The notes under the pieces are model-generated. The model saw only the letters and a program-made list of their open reading frames with translations. It did no database searches and had not been told where the DNA came from. The position numbers were made by a program, and so were the translations under genes. A DNA stretch of 64,000 nucleotides. It comes from Anaerolineaceae bacterium (GTDB lineage: Bacteria > Chloroflexota > Anaerolineae > Anaerolineales > Anaerolineaceae). The stretch lies in contig JAXGPR010000002.1 in the NCBI GenBank assembly GCA_040766895.1, positions 16,991 to 80,990 of the forward strand, written 5' to 3'. Below are positions 39,600-47,170 of the stretch, one piece after another (the stretch's first letter is position 1; every line of letters starts with the position of its first letter).

Positions 39600-41837
39600 T
39601 CAAACTTCTAAAAGCGCCCTGTTCCAAGTATCCAGTGGCAGTTGAATGCCACCTTTGAGCGTCCATTCCAAGAGCACCTGCGGGTCAATACCAAAGGGCA
39701 GCAGCACACTCCCGCCGGCTTTAGCCAGCAATTCCAGATACTTGTGCTGATTCAGCTTGGCGGGGTCCACTTGCCCGCCTAATTCCCAAGCGTATACATC
39801 CGGCTCGCCCTGCATAAATAGGAAGCGCACACGCTGCCCCGGGCGGATCTGCATGCCGGCAGCTTGCAGCTGGCGTGCAGCGCGCACCGAAGCCGTGGCG
39901 CTCTTGTAAGCCTCCAAGGCGTAGCTAACCTTGCCATTCACCACCAACAGCTCCGGCGGCACCTGACCTTGCTTCAACTTCCTGACGGATTGTTCATACA
40001 CCTGAAAAGCTGCGTGCAAAGCCTCTGGCAATTCGGCGCGGGTTTTTGCCTGACCCAGGCAAGTGAGCATTTCGGTTTGCACCTGAGCGATCCAGCGTGG
40101 GGTATCCCGCCGGCGGGCTTCCAAGCCGCGCACTTTAATCTCGCCGCTCTGGAAGACGCCAAAATAGCGGTTGGGGATGGGCACACGTGGGTCGGTTTTG
40201 GAGGGCAAAAAAGCCACCCAGCGGTAAATGCCATCTAGGGCAATCGCCAGCCCAGTGCGGCTGGAAATCTTGTGCATCACGTCTTCGAAATGCTCTGGCT
40301 TGCTGCAACCCTTTTTCTTCAGCCAAAGGGCATCCACGTACATGTGCAGCACTTCGAAGCCTTCTTCCTCGGCGACTTCTTTAGCGCGCAGCAGCACCTC
40401 GCGCCCGCCTTTAGTAACTGCCTCGTGTGCTTCGATGCGCCCGTAACGCGCATTTTTGTAGCCCAAAAAACCAAAGCAAACCACCAGCAGCCATTTCAGC
40501 GCCGCGGAGCGCGCTTTTAACGTCTTTGCCATGGGATGGTCAGGTGGGTAAAAGCGGGTTTTGGTTTTGAGTGCCACGCGCTTCTCGTAGATGGGCTTGA
40601 GCGTCAGCGGGACCACGCCCAGCTCTTCGCTAGCTGGTGTGAGCACATCTGGCAGCGGCACTTCCGGAGAAATATTGCCATGAATGATGACTGCTGGGTA
40701 CATGGAGACGAAATCGATCTCAGCTACGTCGCTGTGCAGCCCCACTTTGGGCTGGTAGATCATCCCGCCGCGATCGGACTGAATCAGCTGCAAACCGCTT
40801 TTAAACTCTTCTACTTGGCGCTTTTGATAGGGCACCAGGATGTCTTTTTGCAGTGCGGTAATTACTTGCATAGCTGAGATGCCCTGACCAGGCGAAACGC
40901 GCGCCGCTTTTTCGATGGGCAGGGTGGTAACGCGCGCCATCTCTAACGTGCCGGCTAAGCTGTAATCGGACCACATCATCGCGGATTTGCGGTCAACGTG
41001 GCAGCGCCCGAAGAGGTGCGCTTCCTCCGGGCGGAAAATGATATGACCATACGAAAAATAGGTGATTTCTTTCTGCCAGCGCACCGGCCGGCTGAGGTCG
41101 CGGTTGAGCGCCAAGGGAATGCCTAACTGTTCTGATTGCCGTAGCAGGAAGGGCAGCAGCCAACTATCTCCCCAATCCGTTACCAAAATGTCTGGGTCAT
41201 AAGCTGCGAGGGCTGCATTGATCGCTTGCAGGTAATTGCCCTGCGCGTCCAGCGGCAGGCTCTGGCTAAAGCGGTCCGAGCGCAGGCTGAGCGCCTGCAC
41301 TGCGCTGTGGGTAGGGTCTACGTCGGGCGTAAGCTCCAGAATGCGCAAGGGTGGCAGCGCGGGCATCACATCCCAGCGGCTGTTGAGCGTCTCTAAGGAT
41401 TGGATGCGGTTCTGGCTGTCGGCTTCCAACTGGCACAGCGCCAAAGGAAAGGCGCCATAGCGCGCGATGTAACGCGTGCTAATGGTTACATCTGCGTCGT
41501 ACCAAATCAGGGTGGGGAATTGGTCTTCTAGCCGGTGGAAAAGCTCCACTTGGTGGGCAGGTGTATCCACGTCGATCGCTAGTACGTCAACCGGATCCGC
41601 TACAAAGACGTCTTGCTTTTGTTGGCGGGTGAGCTTGGTGACGGCTGGCTCTTTGCGCAGCGCCTTCCATAAGCGGCGCAGGTCATCGGAGGCGCCGGCA
41701 GCGTAAAACGTGACTGGAAAGCGCTGGGTGAAGCAGACACGGCTGTCATCACTTTCGGAGATAAACCACAGCGTCAAGCCGTCTTGCTGGTTGAGGTACA
41801 GGTCCAGCAGCCATCCGCGGAAGGTTGGGTTGCTCAT
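39600..41837 (-). CDS. Family-B DNA polymerase, exonuclease motifs degenerate, atypical motif C
   Basis: Motif A DFVSMYPAVI (40715-40686). Motif B-like KWLLVVCFGFLGYKNARYG. Motif C position YVDALW (40340-40323) instead of YGDTDS. KxY-region NRYFGV...IKVRGLEARRRDTPRW. The ExoI/II/III positions read LRILELT, TDWGDSWLLPFL and YSLAG, without the expected acidic residues. Confidence 0.85.
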   Translation of the reverse strand: MSNPTFRGWLLDLYLNQQDGLTLWFISESDDSRVCFTQRFPVTFYAAGASDDLRRLWKALRKEPAVTKLTRQQKQDVFVADPVDVLAIDVDTPAHQVELFHRLEDQFPTLIWYDADVTISTRYIARYGAFPLALCQLEADSQNRIQSLETLNSRWDVMPALPPLRILELTPDVDPTHSAVQALSLRSDRFSQSLPLDAQGNYLQAINAALAAYDPDILVTDWGDSWLLPFLLRQSEQLGIPLALNRDLSRPVRWQKEITYFSYGHIIFRPEEAHLFGRCHVDRKSAMMWSDYSLAGTLEMARVTTLPIEKAARVSPGQGISAMQVITALQKDILVPYQKRQVEEFKSGLQLIQSDRGGMIYQPKVGLHSDVAEIDFVSMYPAVIIHGNISPEVPLPDVLTPASEELGVVPLTLKPIYEKRVALKTKTRFYPPDHPMAKTLKARSAALKWLLVVCFGFLGYKNARYGRIEAHEAVTKGGREVLLRAKEVAEEEGFEVLHMYVDALWLKKKGCSKPEHFEDVMHKISSRTGLAIALDGIYRWVAFLPSKTDPRVPIPNRYFGVFQSGEIKVRGLEARRRDTPRWIAQVQTEMLTCLGQAKTRAELPEALHAAFQVYEQSVRKLKQGQVPPELLVVNGKVSYALEAYKSATASVRAARQLQAAGMQIRPGQRVRFLFMQGEPDVYAWELGGQVDPAKLNQHKYLELLAKAGGSVLLPFGIDPQVLLEWTLKGGIQLPLDTWNRALLEV

Positions 41838-42268
41838 GGCGCCTCTTCGAAAGCGGTGTAGGAGACAGAAACAGATAAATCTGCTGGCACAGCTTGCGGG
41901 CTTTCAGCTGCTAATTCAAGCGCCTCCTGCGGAGCGAAGTTTTCCAGCGTTTCATTGAGCAGCTGCAAAAAACGGGCTTCTTTGCCAGAATTAAGCTGCA
42001 CTTGTGGGTCAGTAGATGCCTCGGCTTGGGCAACCTGCCTTTGCAGAGCCTTGAGCTCTTTGTAGACCTCCAGCAGAATGGCGATCAGGTACATATCCAG
42101 CGGGTAAAGGTTGGAAGCGTAAGAAGCCTCTGCCAAATGCTGGCGGGAAAGCACCAGCAATTCCTCCAGCAAAAGTTGGTCATCTTTACGCAGAGCGCGT
42201 TCAAAGCGCTTGAGGGCAGCTTCTTCCTGCAGCCAGGTTTGGGTGATGGATGCAATTGTGCGGCCCAT
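41834..42268 (-). CDS. Hypothetical helical protein (144 aa), middle gene of the PolB operon
   Basis: SD AAAGGAG lies 6 nt upstream of its ATG. Its TGA overlaps the PolB ATG (ATGA, 41837-41834). No recognised domain. Confidence 0.55.
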   Translation of the reverse strand: MGRTIASITQTWLQEEAALKRFERALRKDDQLLLEELLVLSRQHLAEASYASNLYPLDMYLIAILLEVYKELKALQRQVAQAEASTDPQVQLNSGKEARFLQLLNETLENFAPQEALELAAESPQAVPADLSVSVSYTAFEEAP

Positions 42269-42307
42269 AAAAGCTCCTTTCTATTCTATCGATAAAGCGA
42301 TAAAGCG

Positions 42308-42883
42308 TTACATCATCGCAAATAGCGTCGGCTGCAAACCTTGCTCGGCAGGCAGCGCGGACGGCTCTTCCCAATGCATGTCCGAAGATGAGCGTAGCTG
42401 GTCTAAAAAGCCAGTGCGTGCGGCAGAAATCTGCGGTACAGGCTTAGCACTCACCACCACGGGGGCGCTCTGACCCAGCAGCCGTAGGCAAGTCAGACTG
42501 CGCGTGAGCAAGCGCTGACTGTCTTTCAGCTCCACATCTTCATCCAGGAAGGTAGCCAGCAAATCCAGCACAATCAGCGGTTCGTGGGGCGGCGCTGCAG
42601 CAACGGCTTCCAGCATGGCTAGCACCTGATAGCAGGTGAAAGCCCGCGAGAGGCGGATATTTGCCATTACAGCGGCTGGGTCGGAGGTGTAGGGGCGGAT
42701 GGTTTTAGCCACCGCATACATGTTCGAGCGGTTGCCGCAATCCAGAATGGTGGCGCGCTGCTTGAGCGCTAAGGCAGCCACAAGCTCCAACATTTTCTCT
42801 GTGAGCGCATGCTGCCCAATGACCACCAGCAAGCCGGCGGGTAAGGGGTCCTTAAAGGGAATTAAGCTGAAATCTGCGTCCAT
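42308..42883 (-). CDS. RecA-fold-like protein lacking a Walker A motif (ImuA/SulA-like pseudo-ATPase candidate)
   Basis: The beta-strand LLVVIG is followed by QHALTEKM where GxxGxGKT/S would be. Walker-B-like PLIVLDLLATF. 191 aa from the second ATG (42883); the first ATG (42889) abuts the -10 hexamer. Confidence 0.5.
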   Translation of the reverse strand: MDADFSLIPFKDPLPAGLLVVIGQHALTEKMLELVAALALKQRATILDCGNRSNMYAVAKTIRPYTSDPAAVMANIRLSRAFTCYQVLAMLEAVAAAPPHEPLIVLDLLATFLDEDVELKDSQRLLTRSLTCLRLLGQSAPVVVSAKPVPQISAARTGFLDQLRSSSDMHWEEPSALPAEQGLQPTLFAMM

Positions 42884-42889
42884 ATTCAT

Positions 42890-42917
42890 ATTATATAGAA
42901 TATTTGTTCTATGTCAA
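42890..42917 (-). promoter_or_regulatory. Consensus sigma70-type promoter of the PolB operon (TTGACA-16 nt-TATAAT)
   Basis: The minus strand reads cctcTTGACAtagaacaaatattctaTATAATatgaatATGgac. -35 at 42917-42912 and -10 at 42895-42890. The predicted TSS is about 42883, the A of the second ATG. Confidence 0.55.
42896..42911. promoter_or_regulatory. SOS-box-like 16-bp imperfect palindrome (proximal), filling the promoter spacer
   Basis: The minus strand reads TAGAACAAATATTCTA. Core GAAC-AAAT-ATTC has one mismatch to GAAC-N4-GTTC. Confidence 0.5.
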
Positions 42918-42924
42918 GAGGCTA

Positions 42925-42940
42925 TAGAACATCTGTACTA
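42925..42940. promoter_or_regulatory. SOS-box-like 16-bp imperfect palindrome (distal)
   Basis: The minus strand reads TAGTACAGATGTTCTA. Core GTAC-AGAT-GTTC has one mismatch to GAAC-N4-GTTC. It is 29 bp centre-to-centre from the proximal box. Confidence 0.45.
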
Positions 42941-43061
42941 TTTTACAGCTTGTTTTGTCTGGCTGCAGGGGAGGAGCGTGTGAACGTCACCGGAAAAAGC
43001 TGATCCGATTGGTTATAATAATGCGCGAAAAGAGAGACATTTTACAGGTAGATGCATAAAG

Positions 43062-43481
43062 ATGACAACGATTAAAGGTAACGAAAGTGGCACCACGCTG
43101 CGCAACCGATTGAGCAAATCGATCGTGCAGGCGCTCCGCCTGCTCATGCAAAAGCAAGAGCCGGACGCAGAAAGCCGCGACTTGGCAGCTTATATTGTCT
43201 TGGCATTGGAGAAAATTACCGAGTCTGTCGAAACTACCGCCAGCGCTTGGGAGAAACGCGATTACTGGCTGAAAGCCGATCGCTTCCGCCAAGAATGGGC
43301 TTGGTGTGAAGCCAGAAGCCAAGCTTTGGCAGAAGCATTGCGAGCGGATGACTGGGCTGGTGTAGCACAGGAATTAGCGTTCATTGGTCAAGCGCTGCGT
43401 GGGGTGGAGGTAAGCACTAATAACCGCATTGGGAAGCCTTGGGTTGGTGCATGGGAAAAGTTTTCAGAACGACTTGCGTAG
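43062..43481 (+). CDS. Hypothetical protein (139 aa), divergent from the PolB operon
   Basis: GC-rich ORF with coding-like composition. Predicted helical and Trp-rich (DYWLKADRFRQEWAWCEARSQAL). No recognised domain. Confidence 0.5.
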   Translation: MTTIKGNESGTTLRNRLSKSIVQALRLLMQKQEPDAESRDLAAYIVLALEKITESVETTASAWEKRDYWLKADRFRQEWAWCEARSQALAEALRADDWAGVAQELAFIGQALRGVEVSTNNRIGKPWVGAWEKFSERLA

Positions 43482-44019
43482 ATTTTGAATGGCATTTTGA
43501 CATTTGCTCAACCCTTACGGTACAGAAATAATGGGTGAGGCATAAAAACCGAATTTTGGTTTATGGTTATGATAAGTATCATTATCATAAGCATTTGATA
43601 TCGAGCAAAAGGCGGCTTCTTAGCGAAAATTGGGCTGCTCCAAAGAGGCTTATTCTAATAGTGGATTATTCGACCGTAAAAATGTGAAGTAACAATATGT
43701 AGTAGATGAGCAGCACCTTGTATGTGCTGAATGTTTTCTACACCAAGATAATTCTTTTCCTTGATTTATTAAACTTTGCAATTCAATGCTAACTAACCCC
43801 TTTTTATTCGTGAGGTACGTTTACATCTCTTTATGATCATGTTGAAAATTACTTGTCACTATAGGATAAGAATATCTGGACAAAGGTATAGTGACAGTAA
43901 ATCTAAACTTGCTATTAAAAGTATAAAAAACTATACGCAATACACACTAAATAATGGGGTTAATAATAATATCCTACAATTTATCGAAACCATTCAGAAA
44001 ATACGTTATAATTTTACCG

Positions 44020-44997
44020 ATGAATGATAACCTCACCATCCAACAAGTCATCGATCGTTATCTCAATTCTGTGCGCCTCTCACGCAGCGCCAATACTGCT
44101 CGCACGTATCGTAACGCGATGCACCTTTTTATTACGGTGCTAACAGTCCACCAGATCGACCCGGAGCAAGAGCCCATTACAAAATTGGGTGAAGAACCAG
44201 TTGTTTGGATGACCACGGCGCTTAAAGACTATTCCGCGCATACTGAGCAATGTTACCTCACAGCAATGGTAGGTTTCTATGAATACCTTGCTGGAGAAGA
44301 CTTGGCGCAAATCAACCTGCCACGGGTACGGCTGCTCATCAAACAGCGGGCACGTAAACCCGGGATTCGCTTACCACAATTCCCCAAATCAGATATTGAA
44401 ACTGTCCTTGAATATGCTGCTAATCTAAACCAGCAAGAAACCAGTAATGAAATTGAGCACTTGATAAACCTGCGAGATCGTGCTTTTCTGCTCACCTTAG
44501 CTGATACTGGCTTGCGTGTGCATGAGGCGTGCAACCTACGCCGTGGGGATATCGATTGGCACGAGAGCCGCGCTGTTATCATTGGCAAAGGCAATCGAGA
44601 AGCAGTTTTACGCTTTTCTCGGCGCAGCTTGAGAGCAATCAAGGATTATCTTTCAGCGCGGGCTGAAATGGATGGAAGCGGCTCTAAAGCCCTGAGTTCC
44701 CTACCTGTCTTCGCACGCCATGATCGCGCCAGTGGAAAAAAGGTCAAACCTATCTCCACAACCACCGGACGCGAAATTGTCAATCAACGGGTACGTGAGG
44801 CGCTTGGAGAAGAAGCCGTGGGTACCATTACTCCCCATTCTTTCCGGCATTATTTTGTGACTACTATTTTGCTCGTATCTGGTAATCTAAAACTCGCACA
44901 GGAACTCGCACGGCACCAAAATATCGCAGTAACGCAACGCTATAGCCACCTGAGCGATGAGGAACTTGACCGTAAGTACATGGAAATCTTTGATTAA
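44020..44997 (+). CDS. Tyrosine recombinase/integrase (XerC/XerD-like)
   Basis: N-terminal SAM-like core-binding domain. Catalytic set: R (LADTGLRVHEA), K (GKGNRE), HxxR (PHSFRHYF), H (LARHQN), Y (TQRYSH). Confidence 0.85.
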   Translation: MNDNLTIQQVIDRYLNSVRLSRSANTARTYRNAMHLFITVLTVHQIDPEQEPITKLGEEPVVWMTTALKDYSAHTEQCYLTAMVGFYEYLAGEDLAQINLPRVRLLIKQRARKPGIRLPQFPKSDIETVLEYAANLNQQETSNEIEHLINLRDRAFLLTLADTGLRVHEACNLRRGDIDWHESRAVIIGKGNREAVLRFSRRSLRAIKDYLSARAEMDGSGSKALSSLPVFARHDRASGKKVKPISTTTGREIVNQRVREALGEEAVGTITPHSFRHYFVTTILLVSGNLKLAQELARHQNIAVTQRYSHLSDEELDRKYMEIFD

Positions 44998-45055
44998 GGC
45001 GCTTCATGGTATGATATTCTCCGATTAAACCAGCGGAGGTATTAAATCTCACACC

Positions 45056-47170
45056 ATGACGGATTATCGCATCAATTCTCACCCCATTCTGCACGATAAT
45101 TCTCTACCCACCCTCACTTTTTATTGGAATGACCAACCATTTTTAGCCAAGCCTGGCGAAATGATCGCCTCAGCGCTGTATGCTCATGGCATCCGCATTT
45201 TTGGACATCACCCTAAAGACAATGCCCCTCAAGGCATTTTTTGTGCGAATGGGCAATGTGCACAATGTATGGTAATTGCTGACGGCTTACCGGTTAAAGC
45301 CTGTATGACCGCTGTCCGCTCAGATATGCGCATTAAGCCAGCCGATGGGCTGCCTGTGCTGCCAGAGGTGCCCATGCAGGCGTATGCTGGCTTGCCAATC
45401 ACTGAATATTCAATTGAGGTGCTGATTATTGGCGGGGGTCCAGCAGGGCTTTCAGCGGCTAAGGAGCTTGGCGAGCAAGGTGTTAGTGTCTTACTTATCG
45501 ACGATAAGAGTAAATTAGGTGGAAAGTTGGTGCTGCAAACACACCGCTTTTTTGGTTCCAAAGAAGCCGTTTTCGCCGGCACGCGTGGGATTGATATTGC
45601 CAAAAAGTTGGAAGAGCAAGTGCGCGCCCTGCCAAGCATAACCGTTTGGCTAAGCTCCACAGCGATAGGTATATTCGAAGATCATTCTGTCGGTGTGCTC
45701 CGTGAAGGTTCCGAATATGTGTTAGTTCACCCACAGGTTTTGCTCGTGGCTACAGGCGCACGCGAGAAGAGCTTAGCCTTCCCGGGCAATACACTTCCGG
45801 GTGTTTATGGCGCTGGCGCTTTTCAGACGCTGGTCAATCGGGACCTGGTGAAGCCTTGTCAGAACCTCTTTATCGTCGGTGGCGGTAATGTAGGCTTGAT
45901 CGCCGGATACCATGCCATTCAAGCGGGCATTCACGTGGCTGGCTTGGTGGAGGCTGCACCGCAATGCGGCGGTTATAAAGTGCATCAGGATAAATTAGCA
46001 CGGTCAGGCGTACCGATTTACACCTCCCATACGGTAGTTGAAGCATTAGGGGCAGATCATATTGAAAAGGTGGTTATTGCCCAATTGGACGAGCAATTCC
46101 AACCAATCCCTGGCACAGAAAAAATCTTTTCTTGCGATACGCTGCTCATCGCGGTTGGACTGGATCCAGTGAACGAATTTACACGCAAGGCACAAGAGGT
46201 TGGCTTGCCAGTATTTGCCGCTGGAGATGCTCATGAAATTGCAGAAGCTTCTGCTGCTATTTTTTCTGGCAAAATCGTTGGTAATCAAATTGCCGAGCGC
46301 TTAGGTATACCAATTGAATCGATCCCCCAGGAATGGTACCGCATCGAAGATATCCTCAAATCCAAACCTGGTAAAACCTTCGCAGAGGTGCCTTATTCTG
46401 AAACCAAAGGGGTTTTCCCAGTATTACACTGCATACAGGAAATTCCCTGTGACCCTTGCGCTAGTATTTGCCCGCGAAATCTCATCCATGTAAATCCAGA
46501 GGACATTCGCTCCCTTCCCCATTTTCTGCAGGATGAGCAAAAGGGCTGTACTGGCTGCTTGCGTTGTGTTGCCGTTTGCCCCGGCTTAGCCATTACCTTA
46601 GTGGATTTCCGCAAGAGCCAAGAGTTAGCACAAGTTTCTCTACCCTATGAGCTGCTGCCTGACAATTTGAAAATCGGTGATATGGTTGAAGTAACCGATA
46701 CGGATGGTGGGATGCTTGGTTGTTTTCCCGTGTTGAAGGTTCGGCAACTACCTTCCTTCAGCGGCACAACGATTGTAACAATCGAAGTACCCACGGAACT
46801 CGCTACACAGATTGCTGGTATGCGCTTGATTGCGCAAAGCGAACCTGAGCCTTTTGACCAGGTCGGTGAATTCTCTGAGCATCTGGATGATGAAGCTTAC
46901 ATTTGCCGCTGTGAAAGGGTGAAAGCTGGCGAAATTCGCAGTCTGATTCGGACGGGCGTTCGGGATATCAACCAGATCAAAGCCCTCACCCGCGCGAGTA
47001 TGGGTTCCTGCGGTGGGAAAACTTGCCTGAGTCTCATCAAGCGCCTCTATCAAGCAGAAGGCATCCCCCTTTCGGAGGTCACGGAACCACCGGTGCGGCC
47101 AGTTTTTGTGGAGGTCCCCCTTTCCATCCTAGCCAATATCAGGCTGGAAGATGAAGAAGGTGAGCGATGA
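45056..47170 (+). CDS. Multidomain FAD/NAD(P) oxidoreductase (sarcosine/opine oxidase alpha / HcnAB / proline dehydrogenase alpha-like) with Fe-S domains
   Basis: N-terminal 2Fe-2S-type FCANGQCAQCMV...KACMT. Two Rossmann motifs, IIGGGPAGLSAA and IVGGGNVGLIAG. 4Fe-4S motifs CDPCASICP and CTGCLRCVAVCP. BFD-like CRCERV...CGGKTC. Confidence 0.8.
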   Translation: MTDYRINSHPILHDNSLPTLTFYWNDQPFLAKPGEMIASALYAHGIRIFGHHPKDNAPQGIFCANGQCAQCMVIADGLPVKACMTAVRSDMRIKPADGLPVLPEVPMQAYAGLPITEYSIEVLIIGGGPAGLSAAKELGEQGVSVLLIDDKSKLGGKLVLQTHRFFGSKEAVFAGTRGIDIAKKLEEQVRALPSITVWLSSTAIGIFEDHSVGVLREGSEYVLVHPQVLLVATGAREKSLAFPGNTLPGVYGAGAFQTLVNRDLVKPCQNLFIVGGGNVGLIAGYHAIQAGIHVAGLVEAAPQCGGYKVHQDKLARSGVPIYTSHTVVEALGADHIEKVVIAQLDEQFQPIPGTEKIFSCDTLLIAVGLDPVNEFTRKAQEVGLPVFAAGDAHEIAEASAAIFSGKIVGNQIAERLGIPIESIPQEWYRIEDILKSKPGKTFAEVPYSETKGVFPVLHCIQEIPCDPCASICPRNLIHVNPEDIRSLPHFLQDEQKGCTGCLRCVAVCPGLAITLVDFRKSQELAQVSLPYELLPDNLKIGDMVEVTDTDGGMLGCFPVLKVRQLPSFSGTTIVTIEVPTELATQIAGMRLIAQSEPEPFDQVGEFSEHLDDEAYICRCERVKAGEIRSLIRTGVRDINQIKALTRASMGSCGGKTCLSLIKRLYQAEGIPLSEVTEPPVRPVFVEVPLSILANIRLEDEEGER

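Noticed and set aside
39864-42473. Many 60-125-aa ORFs on the plus strand opposite the PolB operon (for example 39864-40238, 40536-40877, 42002-42295).
   Set aside because: They are shadow ORFs, typical of GC-rich coding DNA. They are Arg/Ala/Ser-rich, have no SD or start context, and are fully nested in strongly supported minus-strand genes.
42887-42889. First ATG of the RecA-fold ORF (MNMDADF...) as the translation start.
   Set aside because: It directly abuts the consensus -10 hexamer (42895-42890), so it would not be in a transcript from that promoter. The second ATG (42883) fits a leaderless start. This remains unproven without TSS data.
43833-44027. 64-aa ORF, and the 22-codon N-terminal extension of the recombinase ORF (43954), in the AT-rich spacer.
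   Set aside because: Their composition is Ile/Asn/Lys-rich, as expected from AT-rich non-coding DNA. The recombinase homology begins at MNDNLTIQQVIDRYL (ATG at 44020).
39600-44997. Interpretation as a pipolin (a piPolB-encoding self-synthesising element with a XerC-like recombinase).
   Set aside because: As far as I recall, primer-independent PolBs of pipolins retain proofreading motifs and belong to the protein-primed clade. This PolB has degenerate Exo motifs and an SOS-type operator. I could see no tRNA-flanking att repeats. The idea cannot be excluded without phylogeny.
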